The notes under the pieces are model-generated. The model worked only from the letters and a program-made list of their open reading frames with translations. It made no database searches and was not told where the DNA came from. The position numbers and the translations under genes are program-made. Shown piece by piece: positions 9,214 to 19,665 of a stretch of 64,000 nt of DNA; position 1 is the stretch's first letter; every line of letters starts with the position of its first letter. Origin of the DNA: Candidatus Latescibacterota bacterium (GTDB lineage Bacteria; Latescibacterota; UBA2968). The DNA is taken from assembly GCA_965198115.1 (NCBI GenBank), contig OZ240241.1, positions 4,224,001-4,288,000 on the forward strand, given 5' to 3'.

Positions 9214-10806
9214 TCACGACAGAAAGCGGCGGAACACGTTACCGGTGATCTTTGGCAGGGTGTCATCGATGACAAGCGAGCTGCCATAGGAAATCGATCC
9301 GACGGAAAACACTTCACCGCCGCTGTCCGTCCTGTGGTAGACAATCTCCGCGCCGCCGTCGTCCGGGTTGAGACCCTTCGCCAGCAGCTGGGCGTTCGCG
9401 GGCGAACTCGGGGACATCTTATCGGTCTCGTGTCCCGACGCGCCGCCGGGACATCGCATATGCAGGTATTTCTCCCCAAAGAGGTCTCCCTCTCGGAGGC
9501 CGGTCCCTTCGAACGCCCAGTGCGTCGAGTCGATCACACGGTAGGGGGCGCCTGTCATAATGCCGGTCTCCGTGCACGACACGCCGAGTAAATTCGCTTC
9601 CGACTCGTGATAAAGATGAAGACGACTCTCTTTCCCCACGGCTTTGAGGATGCCGGCCGAGCCCCCGTATCGGCCGTTTCGAACTTTCATCGTATACTCG
9701 TCTTCGAACTCGACCTCACAGTTGAGGCCGTTGCCCCCAATGTAGGCCAGCTTCCCTCCACGTTCGAACACCCAGTCCTTCAAGCCATAGTACATCTCCT
9801 TCGACCAGTACTCCGGATGGGAGTTGAGGACGAGCACTTTATAAGCGTCGAGGTCGAGTACGCCGCTGTGCAGCTGGGTCTCGGCATATAGGTCGTACTC
9901 GAATCCCTCGCGCTCCAGCCATCCCAGCAGTCGCCATTCCGCGGGTGCAACGTGACAATTGGAGCGGCCCTCGATTGGATCGGTGATGCGCTCATCCTGT
10001 GCCACGTGGTTGATCGGCTCCGGCCGATCGAATGAAAGAGGCTGGTAGTCCTCGAAGGTGAATCCCGCGTAGGTCGGGTTCGTGTAGCGGTCGAGCTCGA
10101 TTCGGGCGTTCACCGTAGGTCGACAAGGCATGCTTTCCGGATGGATGTAGTTGCTGCGACCGCCGAAATTGTTGTAGGCGTTCCAGTTGATGTTGGAGGC
10201 CAGCACCGCGATGTCGGCGGAGGGCTCGGCCGGTGCGACGATCCAGGGAAACGAGAAGAAGTCGCTCGACGCCCCCATGGCGTGAAGGTAGTAGAGGCCC
10301 GATCGATCGGGCGCCTCGAGGAATTGCTTGTGCGCCTCCCGCGTGTAGCCCGTCTCGTTCCATCGCACGCCGGTCTGCGTGTAATCACCGTCCGGCGTGA
10401 TCTGCACGGTCGCCCGGGGGCCGTGCTCGTCATACCAGCCGATCGGCGTTACAAGCTCCTTCTCCCATCCGTACCGCCACAGCTCCAGCTTATAGGACTC
10501 GGCCGAGTGAACCCGAAACTCGGATCGCTCGCCGCTCCGCACCCACTTGGGCCACATATACGCGAGCAGCTGGTCGCGCATCAATCTGAACTGATGCGGC
10601 GCGTCGTCGGGCAGCGTCAGCGTGACACGTTTCGACCCGTAGCCCGGATGGCCGAGCGTAACCTCGTAGGTCCCGGCATCCAGTTCCCCGTGGACGGCGC
10701 CCGTCGCCCTCGACCTGGTCTCCCACGAGTCCTCCCCCCGCCTGAATTCCAGCAGCGCGTCGGGTAGCGCCACGTAGCGTTCGTCGCTCACGTATCCCAG
10801 CAGCAT
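9214..10806 (-). CDS. N,N-dimethylformamidase beta-subunit family protein with N-terminal carboxypeptidase-regulatory-like domain
   Basis: SGLYY, NWNAYNNFGG, LSFDRP, WLEREG, SHPEYWS, YIGGNG, GHETDK, GGEVFSVGSI, ITGNV. Confidence 0.8.
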   Translation of the reverse strand: MLLGYVSDERYVALPDALLEFRRGEDSWETRSRATGAVHGELDAGTYEVTLGHPGYGSKRVTLTLPDDAPHQFRLMRDQLLAYMWPKWVRSGERSEFRVHSAESYKLELWRYGWEKELVTPIGWYDEHGPRATVQITPDGDYTQTGVRWNETGYTREAHKQFLEAPDRSGLYYLHAMGASSDFFSFPWIVAPAEPSADIAVLASNINWNAYNNFGGRSNYIHPESMPCRPTVNARIELDRYTNPTYAGFTFEDYQPLSFDRPEPINHVAQDERITDPIEGRSNCHVAPAEWRLLGWLEREGFEYDLYAETQLHSGVLDLDAYKVLVLNSHPEYWSKEMYYGLKDWVFERGGKLAYIGGNGLNCEVEFEDEYTMKVRNGRYGGSAGILKAVGKESRLHLYHESEANLLGVSCTETGIMTGAPYRVIDSTHWAFEGTGLREGDLFGEKYLHMRCPGGASGHETDKMSPSSPANAQLLAKGLNPDDGGAEIVYHRTDSGGEVFSVGSISYGSSLVIDDTLPKITGNVFRRFLS

Positions 10807-10825
10807 TGTCTTCTTTCTGTCCCCC

Positions 10826-12541
10826 TCACTGGCTACGTTCGGCTCGAAGTTTCGTCGTGGCCTCCGCGTCCACCTCTCCCCCGTTCAACACGACACCGTA
10901 GTGCTCGCGTGCCGCTTCGACGGACACCTTGTCGTTCTGAACATCGCGAGCAACCGCTTGCGGGTTCCGCTCGAAGGGATCGCCCCATCCCCCACCACCG
11001 GGCTGCCGATGATACAGCTGCTGACCCTCCGTCATCGTGGTCGAGATCATCGTGGGCAACACCTGCTCGCCGTCGTCGCCTTTCAGGAGGTTGATCGACC
11101 CCGTAGCGGCACCGCCCCCGGCCAATCCGTAGGGAAGGTGGTCTCGACGATCCGAGCGAATCGCAAGGTGAGCCGCGCCCTTCAACAGACACCACTCTCG
11201 CTCGATCGCCAGACCGCCGCGATTCTTGCCCACGCCCCCCGAGTTTTGGACGAGACCGTAGCGTTCGATTCGGATCGGGTATTCACACTCGGCTTCTTCG
11301 ATCGGGATATTGGCCGCCACGTTGGCAGGATTGCTCAGCCCGTCATTTCCGTCACGTGTGGGGTGAGCACCCCACGTTCCCGTCAGCAATTCGAAGAAGA
11401 CATAGGGTCGCCTGTCATCGTGCTCGCCTCCGACGACGACCAGGGTATTGCCTCCCTCGCCGGCAGCCGGAACGCGATCGGGTAGCAGCCCAGCCAGGGC
11501 CCCGAGGACCGAGTCGACCATTCGGAAGGCCGTGACGCCTCGCATCGATGACGCCGCCGGCATCACCCCGTTGGCCACGGTCCCGGGCGGAGCGATCACC
11601 TCGATCGGCTTGAACATGCCTGCCGTGTTCGGAATACTCTCCTTCATCATACAGCGAACACACATCACGACCGTCGACACTGTGAACGAGAGGGTGTTGT
11701 TGATCGCGCCCTGAACCTGCGGGGACGTTCCAGTGAAGTCTACCGTCAGGCCGTCCCCTTCGACGCTCACGTTCACCTGCAGCTTCACGCGTGGACCCCC
11801 GACTCCATCGCTGTCCATAAAGTCGGTGAACGCGTGATTGCCATCGGGCCAGGAGGCGATCTCGGCCCTTAGAAGCCGCTCGGTGTAGTCGATCAGATCC
11901 GTGCAACACGCCGCGAACCTCTCCGGTCCGTACCGATCGATCAGATCGTGGACCGCGCGCTCGCCGATGTGGCAGGCCGCCACCTGAGCTCGCAGATCGC
12001 CGAGGGTCATCCTCGGAACGCGGACATTCACGCGCAGCAGCTCGAACAGCGACGCATCCGGCTCTCCCGCACGATACAGTTTGAGCCACGGAATGCGCAG
12101 TCCCTCCTGGAAAATCTCCGTGTTGTCGCACGCCGAGCTGCCCGGCAGACGCCCGCCTAGATCGAGGTGATGAGCGGTACTCACCGCGAAGGCCACGCGC
12201 CGCTGTTCCCAGAACACGGGCTTGACGATGAAGATGTCGGGAATGTGCATACCGCCGTCGAACGGATCGTTGAGGATGAACACATCCCCCGGCTCCATAT
12301 CATCGCCGAATTTCGCAAAAAGCGCCTCCATCGCAAAAGGCACCGCCCCCAGGTGGAGGGGAATCGTCACGCCCTGCGCAATCATCTCGCCCTCGGCATC
12401 ACACAAGGACGTGGAATAGTCGAGACAGTCACGCACAATCGTGGAATATGCCGTGCGATAAAGTGCCATCGACATCTCGTCGGCTGCAGCCGCGAGCCCA
12501 TTCTTCACGATCTCTCGTGTAATCGGATCGACTTCAGTCAC
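10826..12541 (-). CDS. hyuB: Hydantoinase B/oxoprolinase family protein
   Basis: RTAYSTIV..D.S, HLG, NDPF.GG.H.PD, HHLDLGG, EIFQEG, SGG.G..RGG, PGGGGWGDP. Confidence 0.92.
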   Translation of the reverse strand: MTEVDPITREIVKNGLAAAADEMSMALYRTAYSTIVRDCLDYSTSLCDAEGEMIAQGVTIPLHLGAVPFAMEALFAKFGDDMEPGDVFILNDPFDGGMHIPDIFIVKPVFWEQRRVAFAVSTAHHLDLGGRLPGSSACDNTEIFQEGLRIPWLKLYRAGEPDASLFELLRVNVRVPRMTLGDLRAQVAACHIGERAVHDLIDRYGPERFAACCTDLIDYTERLLRAEIASWPDGNHAFTDFMDSDGVGGPRVKLQVNVSVEGDGLTVDFTGTSPQVQGAINNTLSFTVSTVVMCVRCMMKESIPNTAGMFKPIEVIAPPGTVANGVMPAASSMRGVTAFRMVDSVLGALAGLLPDRVPAAGEGGNTLVVVGGEHDDRRPYVFFELLTGTWGAHPTRDGNDGLSNPANVAANIPIEEAECEYPIRIERYGLVQNSGGVGKNRGGLAIEREWCLLKGAAHLAIRSDRRDHLPYGLAGGGAATGSINLLKGDDGEQVLPTMISTTMTEGQQLYHRQPGGGGWGDPFERNPQAVARDVQNDKVSVEAAREHYGVVLNGGEVDAEATTKLRAERSQ

Positions 12542-14633
12542 GGTTCCACTCCATCACAAGGTTGTTGTGTTCGTCGACGTGCGCCCGCACATCGGGAGGC
12601 ACGACAATCGTCGAATCATACTCGTCGATCAACAGCGGGCCTTCGACGAATCCGTCGATCTCGCTACAACGCACGACGGAGGCGACTTTCCTCGCGCCCT
12701 CGAAGTATGTTTCGCGGCTCGTCTCACGCTCGCCGGCCAGTTCGGCCGCCTCGAGGTTCGTCCCGATCCCTTTTACACCCGCTCTCCCCACGAGGCGTAC
12801 GGCCACGACTTCGATCGGATTGTCCGGATCCGAACGGTGGCCGTAGAGCCGCTCGTGTTCGTCTTCGAACGCCACACACAAATCCGTCACAGCTTCAGGC
12901 ATCGAATCCGACGTCAGGGGAACCCTGATTCGGGACGTCTGGCCCTGGAACCGGACATCCACGGCGAAGGAGAATTCCACGAGCGACGCTTTGTAGCCTT
13001 CGGTGTCGAATCGGGCGGTCATTTCGTGCCGAAGATCATCGCACACACGACCGAGTGTCCGCGCATTCAGACCGTCGCCCACGAGCTGGCACGAGCGCAC
13101 GTCGTGATGCTCGACGCCCGAAACTAGCAAGCCCAGTGCGCTGAACAACCCGGGCAAAGGCGGCACGAGGATTCGTCTTGCGTGCAACTCCCGCGCCAAC
13201 CCAGCCGCGTGAACCGGCCCCGATCCCCCGAAGGCGATCAGCACAGAATCGCGTGGGTCTCGACCCCGCTCGCTCGACACCTGCCGCAGTGCACGCATCG
13301 TCTGCGCATTGGCGATACGGTGAACACCCTCGGCCGCCTGGTGGACATCCATTTCGAGCGGGACGGCAATTCGATCGTGAATCGCGCGCTCCGCCTCCGA
13401 CGGATCGATGCTCACACCACCGTCCGCGAGTGTCCCGGGACGAATGTAGCCCAGCACGACGTTCGCATCCGTCAGGGTCGGCTCGGTGCCCCCGCGCCCG
13501 TAGCACGCCGGCCCCGGCTCCGCACCAGCGCTGAGCGGCCCGACGCGGAGCCCCCCAGCGGTGTCGAGCCAGGCAATGCTGCCTCCGCCGGCCCCTACTT
13601 CGGCAATATCGATGCTCGGCGCACGGATGACGTCCCCACCCCCACCCACGATGCGATTGCCCGCCGACAGAGACGCCCCGACTTCGTACTCCGAACTGTA
13701 GGCGATCGCACCGGCTTCGATCATCGACGCCTTGGCCGTCGTGCCACCCATATCGAGTGTGATCGCATTCTCGATACCCGCGCGATCGGCCGTGTGTGCG
13801 GCAGCCAGAACGCCGGCAGCCGGCCCCGATTCCAGCGCGAATACCGGCCGTGCGGCCGCATCCTCTTCCGGTGTCAACCCCCCCGCTGACTGCATAATGT
13901 GCAACGGGGCGTCGATCCCCCGGCCGGCCAATCCCTCCCGAAGCGCGCCGAGATAGCGCTTCATTAACGGCTGTACGTAGGCATTAATGACCGTCGTCGC
14001 TGTGCGCTCGTATTCTCGTCGCTCGGGTAAGACCTCGTGCGAAAGGGAAACGGGTATGTCGCCCAGGCGACTTCTCAGAAAAACTCCTGCCTTCTGCTCG
14101 TGCTCGGGACAGGCATAGGCGTGTAAAAAGCAAACCGCCACCGACTCGACTTTTTCTCCTTCCAGGCGATCGACCAACTCGCTCAGAGCGTCCTCGTCGA
14201 GCGGCACGAGCACTTCGCCTTCGGCCGACACGCGCTCTGTTGCCTCCAACCTCAAGTGGCGTTCGATCAGCGTAGGTGGCTTCTCGAAGCTCAGATCGTA
14301 TAGCTGAGGTGCCTTGAGACGCCGCAGTTCCAGGACGTCGCGGAATCCACGTGTCGTGATCAGCGCGGTACGCGCACCTCGTTGTTCCAGGACCGCATTC
14401 GTGGCAACCGTCGTTCCGTGGGCGACTTCCCGCACGCGTGCACCAGCCAACCCCGACACGTCGAGCAGATGCTGCGCCGCGAGGAGTACGGCCCGATCGA
14501 AGTCGGGAGGCGTGGAGGGAACCTTGTGGGTCCACAGTCGGCCCTGGTCGTCGATCAGGACGACGTCCGTGAAGGTCCCTCCCACGTCGGCACCGATACG
14601 TGCGGCAGCGGCTGTTTTCTCGGTCGAAATCAT
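12534..14633 (-). CDS. hyuA: Hydantoinase A/oxoprolinase family protein (ATP-binding)
   Basis: DVGGTFTD, HGTTVATN, REYER, ESGPAAG, DMGGTT, GAGGGS, SAGAEPGPACY. Confidence 0.92.
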   Translation of the reverse strand: MISTEKTAAAARIGADVGGTFTDVVLIDDQGRLWTHKVPSTPPDFDRAVLLAAQHLLDVSGLAGARVREVAHGTTVATNAVLEQRGARTALITTRGFRDVLELRRLKAPQLYDLSFEKPPTLIERHLRLEATERVSAEGEVLVPLDEDALSELVDRLEGEKVESVAVCFLHAYACPEHEQKAGVFLRSRLGDIPVSLSHEVLPERREYERTATTVINAYVQPLMKRYLGALREGLAGRGIDAPLHIMQSAGGLTPEEDAAARPVFALESGPAAGVLAAAHTADRAGIENAITLDMGGTTAKASMIEAGAIAYSSEYEVGASLSAGNRIVGGGGDVIRAPSIDIAEVGAGGGSIAWLDTAGGLRVGPLSAGAEPGPACYGRGGTEPTLTDANVVLGYIRPGTLADGGVSIDPSEAERAIHDRIAVPLEMDVHQAAEGVHRIANAQTMRALRQVSSERGRDPRDSVLIAFGGSGPVHAAGLARELHARRILVPPLPGLFSALGLLVSGVEHHDVRSCQLVGDGLNARTLGRVCDDLRHEMTARFDTEGYKASLVEFSFAVDVRFQGQTSRIRVPLTSDSMPEAVTDLCVAFEDEHERLYGHRSDPDNPIEVVAVRLVGRAGVKGIGTNLEAAELAGERETSRETYFEGARKVASVVRCSEIDGFVEGPLLIDEYDSTIVVPPDVRAHVDEHNNLVMEWNRD

Positions 14634-14661
14634 CCGATTGGTTTTCCGATTCGTGACATCT

Positions 14662-16302
14662 CTACTCGGCGACCGAAAGCATCACGTGAGAGGATCGATC
14701 CGGGCTACAGTGGATCGTTTGCTGCGCCTCTACCAGCTCGGCATCGCTGCCCTGTTCGTGACCGGTGTTGGGGTTCCGATCCCACAGGGGAAAGTTGCTG
14801 CTCGTGACGTGAACGCGAATCCGATGTCCGGGCAGGAAGACGTTGCTCGTCGCCATCAGATCGATCTCGAACGCATAAACTTGACCGGGTTCCATCAACC
14901 GCTCGGGTTCCCAGATCGACTCGCGGAACCGCCCGCGCAGGATCCCCTCAGTCAGGTTGAAAGCCGTTCCATCGGGATAGACGTCGATCAGACGCACGAC
15001 CCAATCGGTGTCGCGTGCACTCGAGGCGGCATATATCGTCGCGGTCACCGGGCCCGTCACCTCGACCGGTTCGTCAACCGGCTCACTCGTGAACACCAGG
15101 ACGTCCGGTCTGTCTTCGTTCGGCCGCTGATCGACGGGCCCTGCCCGAATGACGCCCTCGATGAGCGGCGAGGAATGATTACCCCCTCGCGTCGGCACCG
15201 GGTCCTCAGGATTGTAGACGTATTCCAGCGTCGTATCGTCCTCTGGCGGATCAGGACTGAGCCCGCCATCGTGCGGCCCCGTTCCGACGTGCAGATAGTA
15301 GGGCACGGCGCTCGTCCGTGCGGGAGGCCACTGGTCCTCCAGACGCCACTCGTTCACACCCATCGTGAAGATCCGCACAGGTGGCTCCGCACCGATCCCG
15401 TCATCGTGCCCTTTCAGCACCGCGTCGAGCCACCGAATCGCCAGCGCGATCTGGTCCTGATCCGCATCCTCCCCGAAATCCCGGTCACCTACAACGGCGA
15501 ATCCGCTATGGGTCGTCGGAAAGATCGCGACACGAATCTCGTCCGTCGCTCCGACTTCCTTCATCCGATTGAAGTATGTGAGGGTGGCACCCGGGTAATT
15601 GTCGTACCAGCCGCTCATCATATACACCGGGATGCGAACCTCGCTGTAGTGGTCGCGTGTCCCGATGGCGCGCCAGAAGTCGTCGTACTCGGCGTGGTTG
15701 AGGTAATCCTGGTAGAGTCTGTTCGGGGGCGTGTCTGCAACCGTGTCCAAATCGCGAAGAGGGAGATGTTTATACCAATTCAACAGACCGAAGCGTTCGA
15801 CAAGCTCTTTGCCCTTCTCGTTGTAGTCGTAGATGCGACGAGCGGTGTGGGCCAGCTGCAGCGCCCCGTGGTCCCGATACTGCCGCTCCCACGGATCGGG
15901 GTTGATATTCTGCGGAACGATGGCTTTCAGGTTCGGGTGCTGCAGCGGCGCCACCAGCCATTGTGTCGCCCCATAGTAAGAGCTGCCATACATCGCCACA
16001 TCGCCGTTGCACCATTCCTGTTCGGCAGTCCAGGTAATGGCGTCGTAGCCGTCCTGCGCGTCGTCGAAGAACCGGTTGTCCATCGCGTGGGCGCCCTCCG
16101 ACCCGATATGGCCCCGGGTGGCCTGCCCAACGTAGACGTAGCCCGCGTCCACGAAGCGGTCCGAGACCCCTCCCCAGAAGTCTGTGTTGTAACCACGGAT
16201 CAGAACGACCGGACGAGGTGTATCGTCGGCGCGGGCGATCTTCGTGCGCAGTCGCACGCCGTCCGGCATCGCAACCATCACTTCTTCCTCGATGGCGTTC
16301 AA
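14662..16302 (-). CDS. CocE/NonD family serine hydrolase (peptidase S15)
   Basis: MPDGVRL, DGYDAITW...W.NG.V.MYGSSYYG nucleophile, GWYD, GHRIRV.VTSSNFP; TTG start overlaps upstream TGA. Confidence 0.9.
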   Translation of the reverse strand: MNAIEEEVMVAMPDGVRLRTKIARADDTPRPVVLIRGYNTDFWGGVSDRFVDAGYVYVGQATRGHIGSEGAHAMDNRFFDDAQDGYDAITWTAEQEWCNGDVAMYGSSYYGATQWLVAPLQHPNLKAIVPQNINPDPWERQYRDHGALQLAHTARRIYDYNEKGKELVERFGLLNWYKHLPLRDLDTVADTPPNRLYQDYLNHAEYDDFWRAIGTRDHYSEVRIPVYMMSGWYDNYPGATLTYFNRMKEVGATDEIRVAIFPTTHSGFAVVGDRDFGEDADQDQIALAIRWLDAVLKGHDDGIGAEPPVRIFTMGVNEWRLEDQWPPARTSAVPYYLHVGTGPHDGGLSPDPPEDDTTLEYVYNPEDPVPTRGGNHSSPLIEGVIRAGPVDQRPNEDRPDVLVFTSEPVDEPVEVTGPVTATIYAASSARDTDWVVRLIDVYPDGTAFNLTEGILRGRFRESIWEPERLMEPGQVYAFEIDLMATSNVFLPGHRIRVHVTSSNFPLWDRNPNTGHEQGSDAELVEAQQTIHCSPDRSSHVMLSVAE

Positions 16303-17426
16303 CCGGCCACCTCGACGGGACCAGTCACCAGGCTGGCGAAATCGGAAAGGGCGGGCATGCCTCGCGAAGTCACCATCCCCATCGACAGAAGGGTCGTCGG
16401 ATCGCCCTCCAGACGGCTGCCGTTGCCACCGCCGTGACTGATCACCCACGGCGGATCGAGCAGACGCTCTCCCTCCCAGACGCCACCGCTCGCCACGAAC
16501 AACCCGTAGCGCGCAAGATCGCTCGCCGACATAATTGCCCAGCCCCCTCCCCCTCTGACCTTGTGGCCGTCCATCTCGTAAGGTGGGTCGATGAAGTCGC
16601 CGTAGCCAGGCATACTGAGGTAGAAATCCTTGTTCTCAAAGACCTCTCTACCCGTCACCCAATCCCATCGGTCAGGGCGAATGCCGATCTTCCCGAACAA
16701 CCTGTCATCGAGCACGTCCTTCACGTCTCGACCCCAGAGCGCCGTCAGCGCCTGACTAAGACGCCAGATGCCACCACTCGCGTAGATCCCCTGCGTGCCC
16801 GGTTCGACGTGGGAATAGTTGTCGTAAAGCGGATCTCCCGTCCACTTCGCCCAGGACGGCACGGGGCGTCCCGGATCGTCTTCCGCATCCGGCCGAGGCG
16901 TAAACACGCCATCGATGAACCCGCCCGTGCTGTGCGCGTAGGCTTTCTTTTTCCAGAAGTAACCGTTGGTCACCGGAAATCCACCGAAGTGCGCAGAGGT
17001 CTTGTCGGGCGCACCGATCAAGTGTCGCCAAGTCAGCTTGGGATGATGGCCCTCGGTCAGAACCTTGTGTGGATGCGACAGCTGCCCCTCACCGGTCCAC
17101 GTCTCGCAGATGGGATCGTCCTCGTGAATCATCCCCTCTCCCACGGCCAGACCGATCAGCGCCCGCGTGAACGTCTTGGCCACCGAGGCCGTCTGGTAGG
17201 CATAGTCGGGATCCCCCCAGCCGTTGACGATATAGCCTCCTCGTGTCAGCACCACGCCCCACTCGTTTCCCTCGTGCGTTTCGCCCTCCCACTCTGCACC
17301 CTCGATCGTCGCATCGGAAATAAGACGGTCGAAGCGATCCGTGTCGAGTCCCGCTTCCGTCGGGGGAATCTGCTGCCATTCTTCTCTCGGGTAGGTCACC
17401 CAATCAGGGATGCCCGTGTCAGCCAT
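16299..17426 (-). CDS. Serine hydrolase, beta-lactamase/PBP-like fold
   Basis: YP.EEW...P..AGLD, ASVAK (SxxK), YASGG, GGGW...SASDLARYG; RBS ggagag. Confidence 0.8.
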   Translation of the reverse strand: MADTGIPDWVTYPREEWQQIPPTEAGLDTDRFDRLISDATIEGAEWEGETHEGNEWGVVLTRGGYIVNGWGDPDYAYQTASVAKTFTRALIGLAVGEGMIHEDDPICETWTGEGQLSHPHKVLTEGHHPKLTWRHLIGAPDKTSAHFGGFPVTNGYFWKKKAYAHSTGGFIDGVFTPRPDAEDDPGRPVPSWAKWTGDPLYDNYSHVEPGTQGIYASGGIWRLSQALTALWGRDVKDVLDDRLFGKIGIRPDRWDWVTGREVFENKDFYLSMPGYGDFIDPPYEMDGHKVRGGGGWAIMSASDLARYGLFVASGGVWEGERLLDPPWVISHGGGNGSRLEGDPTTLLSMGMVTSRGMPALSDFASLVTGPVEVAG

Positions 17427-17538
17427 GGTTTCCTCTCCAGTCACCATTTAAGGCCAGCGTAGCCTGGGCCATACTCTGAACAGAAGGATGCTCGACCGCT
17501 TTCTCTTGTTGTGGTTCCACACATCTCGGTCGTTTCCC

Positions 17539-19518
17539 TTACCAGTTGTGCACGGTGTGGGGCTCGCCTGGGAACCAGATGGCATCGACCGCGCCCGAGC
17601 AACCAATCCCGAACAGATACCCGAGAATGGCTCCATACCAGAATGGCAGCGTACGCCGATAAAGCAAGCCACCGCCATAGCTGATCACACCCCGTTTCAT
17701 CATCCACACCAGCATCAGGCTGAATCCATAGCGGCGTGTCGGAAACGCAATCGCAGCAGGATGGAACGGGAACCGGAGGTATTTGGCTCTTAGGTATGTC
17801 AAGAGACCGGCTTCAGCGAACCCTAAAAACCAGATCCCTGCCTTTGCAAAATCGAAATAAGTTTGCCGACTGCCCTCAATGAATGGCGTTCTTGCAATCA
17901 GCTGGCGCCAATCATAGGTGGGCGCCAGCCCGTTGAGGGCTCCTTCAGTATAACACCGGTAGAGCTCCAAGCCCGCCGAGAGGGCGAAGCCACTGAGGAA
18001 TGCGACGGGTACGCACCCCCACACCAGCGGATGTCTCTTGAGACGATCTCCCATCATCTGAAAGAAGTGGGATACCGAAGGGATCGATGCTGTTCGAATG
18101 GGCACGCCACCAATACAGTTGCTGTTGACCAACCAGAGCGCAGTTTGCGTACTCGGCTGCGTGTTGACGGTCCCGACCAGCGAGGTCATGATTGCCGCGC
18201 CCTTGCCACCGGCGGGAGACAGAAACGTAAATCCCGTCGTTGCCGCGTACTTGGCGATTCCAAAGTAGCACGTGAACATCAGGAGGAGTTGCGCGAGCGT
18301 GGAGAAGAAACCCATTCCAGCCGAGACGCACCAGCCACCCAAAATGACCGCCGAAAATGTCAGCCCGAGCCAGGCCGTTCGGTAGGAAACCGGAAGACCG
18401 TCGTCGTCCTCCCGTCGCCTAGAGCGAGCCTTATCGACCGTCTCCTTGAGATGTCGCCGCGACAGCCAAACCGACCAGCCCACGAGAAACACAAGAGCAC
18501 CGTGAGACTCCAGTGTGGTGAGCTGTCCACCTGAGGCAGCCTGACCATGGCGCCCTACGCTGAAACCCGTTCGATTCAGGACGCCAACCTTATAAATCTG
18601 CAGAAGGTTGTAGACCCAGAAGCTGAACAGGACGTCCAGCGGACACAGGTAGGCCAAACCCATAATCATCGGCTGTACCCGCGTGTAGTAGTCAGGATAG
18701 TACCGCCCGACGGTCACTGCTTTCAAGACAGTGGTATCGAAAAGCGAGATCCTCGGGATGCTCGGCCTGAAATAGCCGACGATGTTCCAGCCGATGATCC
18801 CCGCTGCGAGCCCGAAACCAATCCAGAACACGCGATCCTTGAACAGATCGGGCACCACCTGGTCCCGCGGCCCCTCCAACAGGGCCGTGGGAAACGCGGC
18901 CATCGGAAACACCAAACGTTCCTTGTCTCGCCACTGTCTGTAAAACAGGACACTCCCGAAGAATCCGGCCCCCACGAGCGCCAGACACGCCACCAGCCAC
19001 CAGAAAAGAGGCCTGATCCAGGCAAGCCACGGAACCCCGTCACCGGGTCTGAGCCCGGTGAAAAAGGAACTGATCACAATGGGAGATGGCTCAGGGAACA
19101 GCCAGTCGGGCAGAAGGGGTATCAGGAGGTCGCGCGCCCGGTTCTCCGGGGATGCGAAGTGCTCGGGGGCGGCGAGGTCGGTCACCATATAGCTGGCCCA
19201 TCCGATGCCCGGCAGGTTTCCCACCACCCACAACATCGACAGGATGGTCAGCATTTCGGTGCGCGTCAGAGCCACGCGAGGAAACAGGATCTTGAGAAGG
19301 ATGTTGGCCCCGACCCAAGCTGCAAAGGGCAACATAGCTGCAACGGGCAGGTATGTCTTGCTCAGGCTCCGACCGAAGTACGTGACATAAAGAACCATGC
19401 CCGCAATGGTGAGAACGCCAAGGACCAGGGATCTGCCCGTTACCTGTTCGCTCGCTTGCGCTCCTGGCGCAGCTGCGAATTCAGCCGATCGGTCGACTTT
19501 TTCGGCGTCAACGGTCAT
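17539..19518 (-). CDS. DUF6785/DUF6784 family polytopic membrane protein (putative oligopeptide transporter)
   Basis: RQW..KERLVFP, FWIGF, P.DVLFSFW, C-terminal FPFHPAA...K..GG..LYR...PF..G.ILG; many TM segments. Confidence 0.75.
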   Translation of the reverse strand: MTVDAEKVDRSAEFAAAPGAQASEQVTGRSLVLGVLTIAGMVLYVTYFGRSLSKTYLPVAAMLPFAAWVGANILLKILFPRVALTRTEMLTILSMLWVVGNLPGIGWASYMVTDLAAPEHFASPENRARDLLIPLLPDWLFPEPSPIVISSFFTGLRPGDGVPWLAWIRPLFWWLVACLALVGAGFFGSVLFYRQWRDKERLVFPMAAFPTALLEGPRDQVVPDLFKDRVFWIGFGLAAGIIGWNIVGYFRPSIPRISLFDTTVLKAVTVGRYYPDYYTRVQPMIMGLAYLCPLDVLFSFWVYNLLQIYKVGVLNRTGFSVGRHGQAASGGQLTTLESHGALVFLVGWSVWLSRRHLKETVDKARSRRREDDDGLPVSYRTAWLGLTFSAVILGGWCVSAGMGFFSTLAQLLLMFTCYFGIAKYAATTGFTFLSPAGGKGAAIMTSLVGTVNTQPSTQTALWLVNSNCIGGVPIRTASIPSVSHFFQMMGDRLKRHPLVWGCVPVAFLSGFALSAGLELYRCYTEGALNGLAPTYDWRQLIARTPFIEGSRQTYFDFAKAGIWFLGFAEAGLLTYLRAKYLRFPFHPAAIAFPTRRYGFSLMLVWMMKRGVISYGGGLLYRRTLPFWYGAILGYLFGIGCSGAVDAIWFPGEPHTVHNW

Positions 19519-19665
19519 CGAACGCTCATAACCACCGAAGACTTCAGCCTTTTAGAGCAGACCGGGGGGAATCGTCCAGCAAGCGCGCACACAACGCCCT
19601 CGTTCGCCGAGACTCCCCGATGGCCAACGCTATGTCATAGCTCTGTGGCGGATGAGGTCCTCTGT

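Noticed and set aside
14314-16437. 707-aa plus-strand ORF (also 7111..8559, 16218..17462, 18547..19776, 34410..35573, 36241..37350)
   Set aside because: Antisense shadows of well-supported minus-strand genes in GC-rich DNA; no recognisable motifs.
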